This document shows positions 48,601 through 63,600 of a stretch of 64,000 nt of DNA, in pieces. The notes under the pieces are model-generated. The model did not search any database. It worked only from the letters and a program-made list of their open reading frames with translations, and was not told where the DNA came from. The stretch is from Candidatus Buchananbacteria bacterium (GTDB lineage: Bacteria; Patescibacteriota; Patescibacteriia; 2-01-FULL-39-33): the NCBI GenBank assembly GCA_903888345.1, contig CAISTG010000007.1:1075-65074 (forward strand). The letters run 5' to 3'. The position numbers were made by a program, and so were the translations under genes. The first letter of the stretch is position 1. Each line of letters starts with the position of its first letter.

Positions 48601-51600
48601 GGTTCTGCGACTGGCAATTGTTCGATTGATGTTGATGCTAGCGTCACTGGACTCAACATCGCTTCGGGCTATACTGGCATAGTAACAATGAATGCAAATT
48701 TGGCCATCTCCGGAAATCTGACAGTCTCCGCCGGAACTTTGGCAGTTGGAATTTATAATCTAGCGGTAACTGGAAATTCGACAGTTACTAATGGCACGAC
48801 GACGATTGGTGTTTCTTCATCAACCGGTTGGACAACAACTAATTTAACAATCGGAGCGGGAGGCACAGCATCATCAACAGCGCCGGGCACAATTTATTAT
48901 AATCAGGTGACGGTGAGTGGGACCTTGTCGCCAGATGTTACTGGTACTTATACGGTTGCGGGCATGTCAAACGGAATGCCATATTATTCAAAATTGATTA
49001 ACGGCACTACCTGGTATTTACAGTATTCTCCAAAGAATAATGCGTTAGTATTTTATCTTGCTTCAGCTCTTGATCCTGACAATATGGGGGCGACTAGTCC
49101 AAATCGATGGTTTATGTCTTTTAGCGGTACTCCATATTCTAATTCTTTTGCTGGAGCTTATAGCGCTGGATCAGGTGGAGCAACTGGCATTCCGACCGTC
49201 GCCAACGTCACCGCCTCAGGTGAATACACCAGATTAAACAATTCCAAAATCACCATCTCCGGCAACTTTGATCAGTCCAGTATCTCCTCTAAATTTCTCT
49301 CCGCTTCCTCGCTGATTACTGTCAATGGCAATGGTAGTTTTACTGCGGATGGGACAGTAAATGGTACACAATATAACTCAGTAAGTTTGGTTTTGAATGG
49401 GGTGAATAATCTAAGGTATAACAATAATGCCATTGTTAATAATGGATTCAATAATTTAATTGCCGGACAAGGCGGAAGTACTACGACAATAGCAACAGAT
49501 ATTGGAATTAGTAATACCCTGACTATCGGTTCTGGTAGCATCGCCGGTTCTGCCTATAATTTCTGGCTAACAGGGGCAAATCCACTAAGTTTTGATACAT
49601 CATCAAGATTGGCAGTAGGTTCAATATTGTTCAGAGGAACCACTCAAATAATACCAACTCTTATTAATGGTTATGATTCGACCATACAGGTCAGTCAAGG
49701 TGGGACTACCGTCACCCAAACTGGTAATATCGTAATTAATGGTGTTAATAATATTTATCTAGATAATATTGCAAGACCAGCTGGAATAATAACCTGGAAT
49801 ACGGCTGGTTATAATTTATCTGTTGGTGGGAATATTAAAATTGGCGCTGGCTCTGACTCCGCTCTTAAAAAACTTGACGCCAATGGCTCGGGCGGACGTA
49901 ATTCCATCATTACAGTCGGGGGCAATTGGCTCAATTATGGCACGGCAACTGGGTGCTCGGGAACATGCGTGCCGTCGCAATTTATAGCCGCAAGCTCAAC
50001 GGTTGTCTTTAACGCTACTTCTACTACTCGCACTATAACTAACGGCTCAACTACTTCACCTTTCTATAACCTCACCATTAATGGCACAAGCAGTACTTTC
50101 ACTTTGACTGATAATGCGCGCGTGTCTGGTGACCTTACTGTCACCAATAGTACCTTGGCCATCGGCACAAATGATTTGCTCGTCACTGGCAACTCAATCA
50201 TTACCAACGGCACCACTTCCATCGGCGCCTCAGCAAATACTGGCTGGACGACGAATAATTTAACTTTGGGCGCGAATGGTATAGCTTCGTCCACAGCCGG
50301 AGGAACGGTTTATTATAATCAGGTGACAGTGAGTGGAACGCTGAGTCCAAATGCCGCGGGAGTTTATACGGTAGCGGGGATGTACAATGGAGCGCCATAC
50401 TATACAAACGGAACTTATTATATTTGGTGGCGAACAACGGGGAATTGGCGACTTTCTGACGGTCTCGGAGTAATTTCTGGTGTTTGTTGGTATTTGTATA
50501 CCTCATCTAATATAAATATTATTACTGGGTCTTTTGCCGTATATAATGCAAATGAAACCGGCGAGGCAACTGTCTCCAACGTCACGGCCTCGGGCGAGTA
50601 CACCAGATTAGATAATTCAAAAATTACTGTCAACGGAATTTTTGACCAGTCCAATACAAATTCTAAATTCCTCGCTGCCTCGTCACTTATTACCATCAAT
50701 GGTAATGGAAGTTTTACAGCCGACGGAACACTTAATTCGCTACAATATAATGGCGCTAGCGTTACTTTAAATGGCTCCAGCACGCTGAGCTATAATAATT
50801 TGGCGAATAATTTTGGTAATGGCTTTAATAATTTAACAACTGGGCAGAGTGGTGGGACGACGACTCTTTCTTCCGTTGGTTTGACGGTCAAAAATCAATT
50901 ATCAGTAGGGTCAGGCACTTTCAATGGGCCGGGTTATGTATTTTTGGCAGGCTCCGCGCCCTTAAATTTTAATGTTTCCTCTCACTTGGCAATTTCCTCA
51001 CTATATTTTTTGACGACCTATGTCACCACCACGATTCCGACTTTGACCAATGGTTATGATTGCGACATTATTGCTATCGGCAATCCTAATGTAATTATTC
51101 AAACTGGCGATGTCACTCTTAACAATAGTAAGTTCCTCGGCATCAATGGCAATAATAATGATTTCCCGACAACTTGGAAGACGGACGGATATAATTTAAC
51201 AGTTGGCGGAAATATCCAAATCGGTACTTTTAATAATAATGTAAATCTACAAAAACTCGACGCCACTCATAATGGGGCGCGCACTTCAACTATCACTGTC
51301 GGCGGTAATTGGCTCAACTATGGCACAGCGACGATTAATGGTAGGTTTGTGGCCGACAACTCCACGGTGATTTTGACTAGCACCAGTTCGAGTGCCAAAA
51401 TCACGTCTGGTTCTTCGACCTCTCCGTTTTATAATCTAACTATCAACGGCGCAGGCGGAACTTATACTTTGCAAGATGCATTAGCTGTTGCACATAATCT
51501 AACACTGACAAACGGCACGCTTGATACAAAATTAAACAGTAACTATCCCGTGACGATTGGCAGTGCTGATCCGATTAATGGTGATTTCTCGCAAACTACC

Positions 51601-54600
51601 ACCGCCAAATTCTTAGCGCGCAGTTCCGTCATAACTTTAAACGGCAATGGTAATTTTACGGCGGATGGTACGATTGATGGCACGCAGTTTAATGGCGTAA
51701 GCTTAACACTTAATGGAATTAATACGCTTACTTATAATAACTTGGCAGCTCCGTTTGCCTATGGATTTAATAATTTAACCGTCGGACAAGGCGGAAGCAC
51801 TACTACCTTAGCGAGTCATTTGGCTGCAATTAATACATTAACTATTGGCTCAGGCACATTATCTGGGACTACTAGAACTCTCTTTGTGTTGGGAGCAAAT
51901 CCTTTAAATTTTGATGTAAGTTCGAGACTTGCAGTAGGTCAGCTTGAGTTTATAGGTGCAAATCAAACTATTCCCGCCCTGGTGAATGGCTATGATTCAA
52001 GTATCTATTTGGTGCATACAAGCGGAACCGTTACTCAAACCGGAAATGTTATTATTAATTCGCCAAATACCTTAACTATTGGATTAACATCCGCTCAGCC
52101 GGAACGTAAAGATACTTGGAATACATCTGGATACAACTTAACAGTCGGAGGCAATCTTCAAATCGGCGTTGGGAATGACTCCGGTCTCAAAACTCTCGAC
52201 GCCACTGGTGCTGGTGGACGTACTTCAACTATTACCATCAGTGGTAACTGGCTTAATTATGGAAATGGCACGGCGTCATCAACTTTTATTTCGGCAAATT
52301 CAACTGTGATTTTTAATTCAACGACAACTGGCAAAACGATTACCTCTGGTGCGATCAACTCGGCTTTTTATAATGTGAATTTTGCTGGCGTTGGCGGGGC
52401 TTACACCTTGCAAGATAATTTTAGTGTGCTGGGTGATTTGAATGTTGTCGCTGGCGTATTAAACGCTGGAACTTATAACCTGGCGGTCACGGGTAATTCC
52501 ACTGTGTCTAACGCTACCACGACTATCGGCATTTCGGCGGGTACTGGTTGGACGACGAATAATTTGACAATTGGGGCGAACGGCACGGCTTCGTCTACAG
52601 CTAATGGCACTATTTATTACAATCAAGTGATAGTGAGCGGAACTTTGAATCCAGATGCGACGGGGACTTATACTGTCGCGGGGATGTATGGAGGGAAACC
52701 GTATTATAGAAGGGGCTCTGATTCTTGGTATTTATCATGGAGATTTAATTCAGTTTGGGACATAACACCGCAATCTCCTGAGCAAGGTGCTGTTACAGCA
52801 TGGAGAAGGACCGGAGACCCTTTAGTTGGTAATTATTACCCAGTTGGAAGTATACCCCCAACCGGCACTGCCACCGTTGCCAACGTCACTGCCTCAGGCG
52901 AATATGCTAGATTAGATAATTCCAAAATCACCATCGCTGGCAACTTCGACCAGTCCAATATCTCCTCAAAATTCCTCGCCGCTTCGTCGCTGATTACCGT
53001 CAATGGCAATGGCAATTTCTCTGCGGACGGAACTTTGGATTCGACACAATATAATAATTCGATCTTGGTTTTAAATGGTACGAATACGTTGGCATATGTT
53101 AGTTTGGCTAATACTAATGCTAATGGATTTAACAAATTAGTTGTAGGTCAAAACGGTAACACAACGGAAGCGCCTGGTTTACAAGTAGCGATTCAAAATC
53201 TGACTGTGGGATCGGGGACACTGCATGGATCTTCCGCGTATTTTAATTTACTCGGGCCTAATCCATTAACTTTCGACACTGATAATTCATCTTTTAATAT
53301 TTATGGGTTGCAGTTTTTTGGTACCAACCAGACGATTCCGGCCTTAACGAAGGGGTATAATTGTCATGTGTTTATTCCCAATAGTAGTTCCATTGTGACA
53401 CAAACAGGGAACGTTAACATCTTGAGTCCGCGGTCTTTATTTCTTGGTGGTTATGCTGGTATTACTGGCACAGGACCGTCAAGATCGCAGTCATGGAAAA
53501 CTGACGGTTATAATTTGACTGTTGGTGGCAGTATTCAAATTGGTAATGGCTCTGACACGGGGCTTAAGACGCTTAATGCTTTTAGTGGCGCGACTAGTAC
53601 TCGCAATTCCACCATCACCGTTGGTGGAAACTGGCTCAATTATGGTAATGGTTCAGCTCCGTCGCAATTTATTGCTGGTAGCTCTACGGTCGTGATGGCG
53701 GGCACGAGTGCTTCTGGCACAATTATCTCTGGCACCACAACTTCGCCATTTTATAACTTGACTATAAACGGGGTAGGCGGGACCTACACGTCGCAAGATA
53801 AAACATCAGTTAGTGGAACTTTGACGGTGACGGCGGGGACTCTAGCTATTGGCACTAATGACTTAGCGGTCACTGGAGCTTCAACTATCAACGGTGCTTT
53901 AACTCTTGGTAATTCATCGAGTACTGGTTGGACAACAGGGGACTTGAATCTCGGCGCCAGCGGAACAATTACTTCAAACGCCACGACTTATTACAACCAA
54001 GTGACGGTTAGTGGGACGCTGAGCCCTGATGCGAGTGGGACCTATACTGTCTCGGGAACTGCAAATGGTTATCCAAGGTATGTAAAAGGTGCTATGTCAA
54101 TAATTAACACTGGCACTGGTCTCTGGAGAATATATACAGACGCGACTAATTTTTATTATTATAAGATTAGCGCAGAAATGGCTGGAGCATACACCAACTT
54201 TAATGGTTCTACTGGTGTTGCTACTGTCGCCAATGTCACGGCTAGCGGGATTTATTATGGAGTGACTTCTGACGTGACGATCTCGGGCAATTACACCCAA
54301 ACCGCTGGCGGATATTTCAACGCCGGACCGTCTTTGATTACCCAAAATGGTAATGGCAATTTCACAGCGGATGGGAATAATGACAACACAAAGTCGGCAC
54401 AATTTAATAATGCAAGTTTGGTTTTGAATGGGAATAATACGCTGACTTATAATAATAATTCAAACTATGGTTACTATGGATTTAATAATTTAACCGTTGG
54501 GCAAGGAGGAAGCACCACCACAATAGCGTCACATTTTACTGTAAAAAACATATTAACGATAGGATCGGGAACTTTAACAGGCAATTATTGGGTATATTTG

Positions 54601-57600
54601 TTTGGGGCAAATCCTTTAAGTGTTGATACTGCTAACTCAGCTATTTCAATTGGCTTTTTAGCTTATAATGGGACAAGCCAGACTATACCTGCTTTAACCA
54701 AAGGTTATGGTTGCAGTATAGAAGTGGATAGTGGTAATGATGTTATTACTCAGACGGGGGCTGTTGTATTGAATGGTACAGGGTTGCTTAATGTGACTTC
54801 TAATCCGGCTGGGATAGCCACATGGAAAACTGATGGTTATAACTTGACCGTTGGTGGACGGATCCAAATCGGTGTCGGTTCTGACACTGGTCTCAAAAAA
54901 CTCGATGCCACCGGTTCTGGCGGACGTAATTCTACCATCACTGTCGGAGGTAACTGGCTCAATTATGGCAATAGCGCTGACCCGGCTAATTCTTCTCGAT
55001 TCATTGCGGCGAGCTCAACTGTTATCTTTAATAAAATCTCAGGCACACAAACTTTAAATGCTGGTGCTAATTATTCTTCATCTACTTTCTATAACCTAAC
55101 GCACTCTGGCGCTGGCATTTTACGGATTATCACTAACCCAATTACAATTACCAACAATTTCACCAATTCCGCAGGAACTTTTGATGCAAATGGCCAGGTG
55201 GTAAACGTGGGAGGGAATTGGAATAATACGGCAACTTATTTGCATGGCACTAGCACGGTCAACTTGATCGGTTCTGTGGCTCAAGCGATTATGGGCACCA
55301 CCACTTTCTATAACTTAGTCAAAACCGTCACAACTGCTGCGACGCTCACTTTTGAAGCCGCCAAAACTCAGGTGATCGCTGGTACTCTGACCTTACAAGG
55401 CGCGGCTAATCAATTACTAACTCTTGTTTCTTCTGTCCCGGGTACTGCTTGGTTCATTAATCCTTTGGGATCGGTTGTGATGAGTTTCTTAAATATTTCT
55501 GATGCCATAAATAGTTCGGCTAGTCCTATTGTCGCGACTTTTTCTAAAAACTTAAGCAACAACCCTAATATCACTTTCTCGGCGACGACCGTCACTTGGA
55601 CGGGAGCCTCAAGCACTGACTGGAACACGGCGGGTAACTGGGACACGGGCTATGTGCCAAACACTACCGACAACGTTGTGATTTCAAGTGCTTCCAATCA
55701 ACCCATACTTTCCACCTCGACTACTGTTAATAATTTGACAGTTAATTCTGGTGCGATTCTCGCTATTGGTACTAATAACATGACGGTGACCGGAAATTCC
55801 ATCATCAACGGCACCACGACTATCGGCATTTCCGCTGGGACGGGTTGGACGACGAATAATCTGACTATTGGAGCAGGCGGCGTGGCTTCGTCTACGGCTA
55901 ATGGCACGATTTATTATAATCAAGTGACGGTGAGTGGAACTTTATCGCCGGATGTTGCTGATACATATACCGTAGTAGGGATAAAAAATGGATATCCCGA
56001 TTATGCATCAAATTCACAGCATAATGGATATACTTATCATATTTGGCGATATACAAACGGAAACTACTATATCACGCCAGATTATTTAGTATTCTCTTCA
56101 GACCCGGGTCATTGGGTTAACACAAATGGTACAGCGGCTGGAACATATCCCGCCAATAGTCCATCAGTTACAGGGTCTGCAATCGTCGCCAACGTCAACG
56201 CCTCAGGCGAATATACCAGAATGGATAATTCCAAAATCACCATCGCTGGCAACTTCGACCAGTCCAACATTACTTCAAAATTTCTCGCTGCTTCGTCGCT
56301 GATTACCGTTAATGGCAATGGTACCTTCATTGCCGATGGGACGGTGAATAGCACGCAATATAATAGTGCTAGCTTAGTTTTGAATGGAAACAATACTCTG
56401 ACGTATGGCAATTTAACAGCTAACTGGGCAAATGGATTTAATAGTTTAACTACTGGACAAGGAGGGGCTACTACAACTTTGGCAAGTACTGCTACGATTA
56501 GGAGTTTATTGACGGTTGGGTCGGGAGCATTGACGGGTAACGCTTCGCTATCATTACTGAGTCCCAATCCTTTAAGCTTTAATGTTGCTTCGATCTTATC
56601 AATTAATTTATTATATTTTAATGGTGGCTCAAATCAAACTATACCTACCTTAGTTAACGGGTATAGCTGTAATATTTATGATTATCATAATGGACAATCA
56701 ATGCAACAAACTGGTGATGTTGTTTTAAATGCTGGAAAGTCTTTGTATGTTGGAAATACTGCGACAGGTTGGATTGATACTTGGAAAACTGATGGTTACA
56801 ATTTAACTGTCGGCGGTAATTTAACAATTGGATATGGCGCTGACACCGGACTCAAAAAACTTGATGCTACAAATTATAGCTCACCCGGTAATCGCACTTC
56901 AACAATTACAATTGGAGGTAATTGGTTCAATTATGGAACAGCAACGGGATGTGCAGGCTCATGTACACCATCCTCCTTTATCGCTGCCAGCTCAACAGTT
57001 ATCTTCAATGCCACCTCAACCACAAGAACTATTACTTCTGGCTCATCAACTTCGGCTTTTTATAACCTAACAATTAATGGCACGAGCAGTACTTTCTCTC
57101 TTGTTGATAATTTGAGTGTTGCCGGAAATTTGAATGTCACTGCTGGCACCTTAGCTATTGGGGTTAATAATTTGGCAGTCACGGGTTCTTCCACTATTAA
57201 TAGCACCTTAACACTTGGTAATTCATCGAGCACCGGTTGGACAACAGGTGATTTGAATCTTGGCGCAAGTGGAACAATCACCTCCAACGCCACAACTTAT
57301 TACAACCAAGTGACGGTGAGTGGAACGCTGAGCCCGGATACGGCGGGCACTTATACGGTTGATGATGTAGGCTATCCAGCTGGATATAATGGGCAACCAG
57401 TATACAAACGAAATGGCTTAGTTGGTGGAGTACAATTTTGGAATTGGCTATCTTATAATGGGTACAGGTATACAACTGGACTTTTGCCTGGAGTCGCAAC
57501 GGGTAATGTGTGGCAAAAAAATCCTGGATCTATGATCGGTACGTATACAGCGGCGGGCACATATACGGGCACCGCCACCGTAGCTAACGTTACGGCTAGC

Positions 57601-60600
57601 GGGATTTATTATGGTGCTACTTCTGACGTGACTATCTCGGGCAATTACACTCAGGCTGCTGGCGGATATTTCAACGCCGGGCCGTCACTTATCACAGTCA
57701 ATGGTAATGGAAATTTCACGGCTGATGGCACGGGAACTAAGCAGACTCAATTCAATAATGCGAGTTTAGTTTTGAATGGGGTGAATACGTTAGCATATAA
57801 TAATTTGGCAGCGTTTAGCACTAATGGATTTAACAATTTAACCGTTGGGCAAGGCGGTAGTACTACAACTTTATCTAACCATATCAGCGTTAGGTCTGGC
57901 TTAACAATTGGTTCCGGCACATTGAGTGGAAGTAGTTATGTTATATATATGGCGCAATTCTTGGGCGCTCTCAGTTTTGATGCTAATTCCCATCTTAGTA
58001 TTTCAAGTTTGAACTTTAGAGGTAATATCTCATTACCCACCCTCGTTAATGGCTATTGTTCTATTAATGTGGAGGAAAATGGTACGATAATAACCCAAAC
58101 GGGTAGCATTATTATCAGTTCTAACTTGATTATGGGTCAAACTGCAGGGTATGTCAGTACGTGGAATACCGACGGTTACAACTTATCAGTAGGCGGTAAT
58201 CTCCAAATAGGTAATGGTTCTGATTCCGGTCTCAAAACTCTTAACGCTAATGGCTCGGGAGGACGTACATCCACCATTACCGTTGGTGGTAACTGGCTCA
58301 ACTATGGCAATGGTACAGCACCATCGCAATTTATGGCAGCAAGTTCGACAGTTATCTTCAACAAAACTTCTGGCACGCAGACATTAAACGCTGGCGCTAA
58401 TTATGCTTCATCAACTTTTTACAACTTAACTCATTCTGGATCCAGCACTTTACAGTTGTTAGTTAATCCTTTGACGATTACCAATAACTTCACCAACTCC
58501 GCCGGTACTTTTGATGCTAACGGTTTCAATATCAATGTCGGTGGTGGTTGGAATAATACTGCGACCTATTTACACGGCACTAGCACCGTAACACTTTTTG
58601 GCTTGTCTCAAGCGATTATGGGCACCACGACTTTCTATAACCTAGTCAAAACCGTCACAACTGCAGCGACGCTGACCTTTGAAGCCGCCAAGACTCAAGT
58701 AATTGCTGGTGCTCTAACCTTGCAAGGCGTTGCCAATCAATTATTAACTTTAGTTTCCTCTATACCTGGCACCTCGTGGTTCATTAATCCACTGGGTTCG
58801 GTTGTTTTGAGTTATTTAAATATCTCTGACGCCATTAATAGCTCAGCCAGTCCGATTATCGCGACCTTTTCAAAAAACTTAAGTAACAATTCCAATATCA
58901 CTTTCTCCGCTACGACCGTCACTTGGACGGGAGCCTCAAGCACTGACTGGAATAATGCCAGCAACTGGGACGTTGGATATGTGCCTAATATGACTGACAA
59001 TGTGGTAATTGCTAGCACGACTAATCAACCTGTGCTCTCCACTTCGACCTCTGTTAATAATATTACAGTCAATTCTGGTGCGATTCTCGCTATTGGTACT
59101 AATAACATGATAGTGACCGGAAATTCCATCATCAATGGCACCACCACCATCGGCATTTCCGCGGGCACTGGTTGGACAACGACTAATTTGACGATTGGAG
59201 CAGGTGGTACGGCTTCGTCTACGGCCAATGGCACGATTTATTATAATCAAGTTACGGTGAGCGGGACTTTGTCACCGGATGCAAGCGGTACGTATACGGT
59301 GGCGGGGATGTATGCAGGAAAGCCATATTATAGACGAGGGACTGACAATTATTATATTTATTATAATATGACGGGGTCGGGATTTGATTATTATCGTATT
59401 GGAACCACGTTGGGTTCTACATACCCAGTTTGGAATTTTGTTGTTACTGAAAGTCTATTTAATCTTCCTAGCTCGTCATACTTTAATAATGGAACCACAG
59501 GCACCGCCACAGTCGCCAACGTCACCGCCTCGGGTGAATACACTAGATTAGATAATTCCAAAATCACCATCGCTGGCAACTTCGACCAGTCAGCGACATC
59601 ATCCAAATTCCTCGCCGCTTCATCTTTGATCACTCAAAATGGCAACGGCACATTCACGGCTGATGGCACATTGAATTCGACACAATATAACGGGGCGAGC
59701 TTGGTTTTAAATGGTGTAAACACTCTGGCTTATAATCATATATATGCCGGAACATCAAATGGATTCAATAACCTAACTGTAGGCCAAAACACTAATACTA
59801 CGACATTTGTTTCTGACTCCAACTTCGCCATCTTAAATACTCTTACTGTTGGCACGGGCACATTCTACAGTGTTACTAATTCTCATTTTTATCTATATGG
59901 AGCTATTCCATTAAGCGTTGATGCAGCATCCCATATTTCTATTGCTGCACCAAATAAGCTTTACTTTTATGCCTCAAATGTAACAATTCCGGCCCTTACA
60001 AATAATGGTTATGATTGCAGTATTGCTATTAGGGGGACAAATACTACAATTACACAAACAGGAAATGTAGTTATTAATGGTTCTAATACATTAACTATTG
60101 GTTTAGCGGTGGCTGGCTCCATTGATACCTGGCTAACCAACGGTTACAACTTAACTGTCGGAGGAAATCTTCAAATAGGATGGGGTTCCGACACTGGTCG
60201 CAAAACCCTTGATGCTACTGGTTCAGGCGGACGCAATTCCACTATCACCGTCGGAGGTAACTGGCTCAACTATGGCAATAGCGCTGACCCTGCTAATTCT
60301 TCACGATTTATTTCCGCAAGTTCAACTGTTATTTTAACTAGTACCAGTTCAGGAGCGACAATCACTTCAGGTTCTTCAACGTCCGCTTTTTATAATCTCA
60401 CTATCAACGGCACGGGCGGGACTTACACTTTGCAAGACAATGCTAGTGTTGCTGGAGCTTTGAATGTGACAGCTGGCACCTTGGCTATTGGCGTTAACAA
60501 TTTAGCGGTCACGGGTATTTCAACTATCAACAGCGCCTTAACGCTCGGCAACTCATCTAGCACTGGCTGGACAACAGGGGACTTGAATCTTGGCGCCACC

Positions 60601-63600
60601 GGCATAATCACCTCCAACGCCACGACTTATTACAATCAAGTGACGGTGAGTGGGACTTTGAGTCCTGATGTGACGGGGATATATACTGTGGCGGGGGTTT
60701 ATGGTGGGAAGCCTTATTATAGGCGGGGAACCGATAATTATTATATTTATTATAATTCAGGATCAAATTATTGGGATATATCAATTAGTGTTAATGATGG
60801 AACTCGTCGATGGACACAAGTTTCTGGTATTTTTGCCGCAAATTATGAACCTATAAATAGTGCCTCAGGCACCGCCACCGTCGCGAACGTCACAGCAAGC
60901 GGACTTTATTATGGTGCGACTTCTGACGTGACGATCTCGGGCAATTACACTCAAACCGCTGGCGGATATTTCAACGCCGGTCCGTCTTTGATTACGCAAA
61001 ATGGCAACGGAAATTTCATCGCTGATGGCAACAACGACGCCACCAAATCAGCTCAATTTAATAATGCGAGTTTAGTTTTGAATGGAATGAACACGCTGAC
61101 TTATGGACATAATTTTTCTGTAGTTGGTGATGGATTTAATAATCTTACTACAGGACAAAACGCGAATACGACAACTCTCGCCAGTTCATTCACGGTTAAA
61201 AACACTCTAACCGTTGGGACGGGGACAGTTACTGGTTCGTCAATATTAAATTTACTCGGAGCAACACCCCTTAATGTCGTAGCTAGCAGCTCTATCATAT
61301 CCGTAACGACTCTAAACTTTTATACTGGTGTTACTCTGACTCAGACGATACCGAATATCACTAATGGTTATAACTGTAATATCCAAGCGACGGGCTATGG
61401 ACAAACAATAAATCAATTAGGTGATATTAAAATTAACGGATCAAATTATTTTTATATCGGAACCTTTGTTGATGCTGGTAATTCTGTAGCATGGTTAACT
61501 AATGGGTATAATTTGACGGTGGGCGGCAATGTAAGGATTGGCCTAAATAATGACTCTGCTCTCAAAAAACTTGACGCTACCAATTATACCAACCCCACTT
61601 CGACTGCTAGCTCTACCATTGTCGTCGGTGGCAACTGGACTAATTATGGAACTGGTTCCGCCCCATCACAGTTCACTGCCGCCAGCTCCACGGTCATTTT
61701 CAACAAAACCTCTGGCACACAAACCTTAGCCGCTGGCGGTAATTACGCTTCGTCCACTTTCTTCAATCTGACTCATTCCGGTTCTAGTACTCTGCAATTA
61801 ATCACTAACCCTTTAACGGTCACTAATAACTTTGTTAATTCTGCCGGAACTTTTGATGCCAATGGGTTTAACATTTACGTTGGTGGCAATTGGAATAATA
61901 CTGCGACCTACTTGCACGGCACCAGCACTGTCACTCTTTTTGGCTTGTCTCAAGCGATCATGGGCACCACGACTTTCTATAATTTAGTCAAAACCGTTAC
62001 CACCGCTGCGACCCTAACTTTTGAGGCCACCAAAACTCAGGTGATTGCTGGTGCTCTGACTTTGCAAGGCGTTGCCAATCAATTATTAACTTTAGTTTCT
62101 TCAATTCCTGGCACCTCGTGGTTCATTAATCCATTGGGTTCAGCCGTGCTTAATTTCTTAAACATTACTGATGCGGTTAACAGCTCTGTTGGTGCAATTA
62201 TTGCCACTAACTCCAAAAACTCAAGCAACAATTCTAACATAACGTTCCCAGCCGCGACCGTCACTTGGACTGGTGCTTTGAGCACTGACTGGAACACGGC
62301 AGGCAACTGGGATGTTGGTTATGTGCCTAACGCTACTGACAACGTCGTGATCGCTAGCACCACTAATCAACCAGTTCTTACTACTACAACTTCAGCGAAC
62401 ACTCTTACTATTAATGCTGGAGCAACTTTAATAGTCGGAACAACCAGTTTGGCAATAGCTGGAACTTCAACCATTAACGGCACACTGACGATTGGTACTT
62501 CAGCTGGTGCGGGTTGGACAACTGGGGATTTGATCCTTGGTGCCAGCAGTACTATTACTTCGAATGCTACGACTTATTATAACCAGGTGACGGTGAGTGG
62601 GACTTTGAGTCCGGATGTGACGGGGACTTATGTCGTGGCAGGAGTATATAATGGGAAACCATATTGGAAGCATAATTCTTTGAATTGGTGGGTATGGGCC
62701 AATCCGCTAGGAGATTATAGAATTACCGATGGTCTCGGACAACAGAATACTTATCGATGGAATGCCGCTGGTGGCCCAATAACAAATTATAATCCTGTAA
62801 ACCCAACAACCGGCACCGCCACCGTCGCCAACGTCACAGCTAGCGGAATTTATTATGGTGTGACCTCAAAGGTAACGCTCTCAGGAAATTACACTCAAAC
62901 CGCTGGCGGATATTTCAACGCTGGTCCATCACTTATTACCGTCAACGGCAATGGTAATTTCACGGCCGATGGCTCGGGTAACTCTGGAGCTTATTCTACT
63001 CAATTTAATAACGCGAGTTTGGTTTTAAATGGAGTAAATACGCTGACATATAATAATATATCTAGTTACTGGGGAAATGGGTATCATAATTTGACTGTTG
63101 GACAAGGAGGTAGCACCACCACAATTGCTAGTAGTTTTAATATTCGAAATATTTTAACCATTGGATCTGGTAGCTTAACTGGTAATAAAACTTTGTTCTT
63201 AACGGGCTTAAACCCACTTAGTTTTGACGTCAATTCTAGATTATCTATAACAACCTTAGAGTTTTTTGCAGTTGGACAAACAATCCCAACTCTTGTAAAT
63301 GGTTATGATTGTAACATGGAGATTTCTACAACAAATGCCTCTGTTACTCAGACCGGAAATGTAACTTTTAATAATGCTCATTACTGGGACATTGGAGCAG
63401 GTGATAATGGTAATGCTGGACATACTATTACTTGGAATACTAATGGCTATGATCTAACAGTAGGCGGTACTCTTTCAATCGGCGCGGGCTCTGACACGGG
63501 GGTCAAAAAACTTGACGCCACTGGCTCAGGCGGACGCAACTCTACCATCACTGTCGGCGGTAACTGGCTCAATTATGGCAATGGCACTGCTTCTTCAACT

